Assembly: GCA_963767005.1 (NCBI GenBank)
Contig: CAVYCN010000019.1
Coordinates: 113,730 to 177,729, forward strand
Length of the DNA stretch: 64,000 nucleotides
DNA from: an uncultured Actinomycetes bacterium
GTDB lineage: Bacteria; Actinomycetota; Thermoleophilia; UBA2241
Direction of reading: 5' to 3'
Shown here piece by piece: positions 63,830 to 64,000 of this stretch. The translations under genes and the position numbers were made by a program. Every line of letters begins with the position of its first letter. The stretch's first letter is position 1. The notes beneath the pieces were generated by a model. It had not been told where the DNA came from and made no database searches. It saw only the letters and a list, made by a program, of their open reading frames with translations.

Positions 63830-64000
63830 TTGGACTTCTACAAGGGCAGCGTGCTCAGGGTCGACATGACCTCCAGGACGGCCGACGTCGAGCCGCTCAA
63901 CATGGAGTGGGCACGCCTGTACGTCGGCGGGAAGGGCCTGATGCTCCGCTATCTGTGGGAGCTGACCGAGCCGGGCATGGACCCCTGGTCGCCTGAGAAC
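63830..64000 (+). CDS. Aldehyde ferredoxin oxidoreductase (tungsten AOR family), N-terminus only
   Basis: TTG after AGGAGG; MDFYKGSVLRVDMT...YVGGKGL...DPWSPEN. Confidence 0.85.
   Translation, partial: MDFYKGSVLRVDMTSRTADVEPLNMEWARLYVGGKGLMLRYLWELTEPGMDPWSPEN

Overview
This is a very GC-rich bacterial window, probably from an anaerobic Actinomycetota such as Thermoleophilia (inferred from GC content and gene style). Many single-base frameshifts look like long-read assembly errors. There are three blocks. (1) 1-20.5 kb is a GntR-linked amino-acid/methylamine catabolic cluster: peptide-type ABC importer, corrinoid protein, pyrrolysine-free MtmB- and MttB-family methyltransferases, Cys/Thr-type proline-racemase-family enzyme, class III aminotransferase, M20 peptidase, BKACE, tdh and kbl. 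(2) 20.7-25.2 kb is a PEP-dependent dihydroxyacetone kinase (dhaK, dhaL, full EIIA-HPr-EI fusion). (3) 25.3-64 kb is a molybdenum/tungsten island: two ModABC systems with ModE-type boxes, a Mop aldehyde oxidoreductase with a DVU_1551-1559-like accessory cluster, a selenocysteine formate dehydrogenase (UGA plus SECIS), cysteine desulfurase, MoeB/ThiF and the start of a tungsten AOR. The best candidate for an undescribed system is 50.8-61.4 kb. There a P3-less Moco-class ('Tuco'-type) riboswitch leads four tandem secreted paralogs built from sulfite-oxidase-like molybdopterin-binding folds without the Mo-ligating Cys, two of them with CxxCH/CxxxxCH motifs. They are followed by a divergent WtpABC and a membrane-anchored beta-propeller, whose paralog flanks the first ModABC operon. 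All family calls are by motif recognition; no searches were run.
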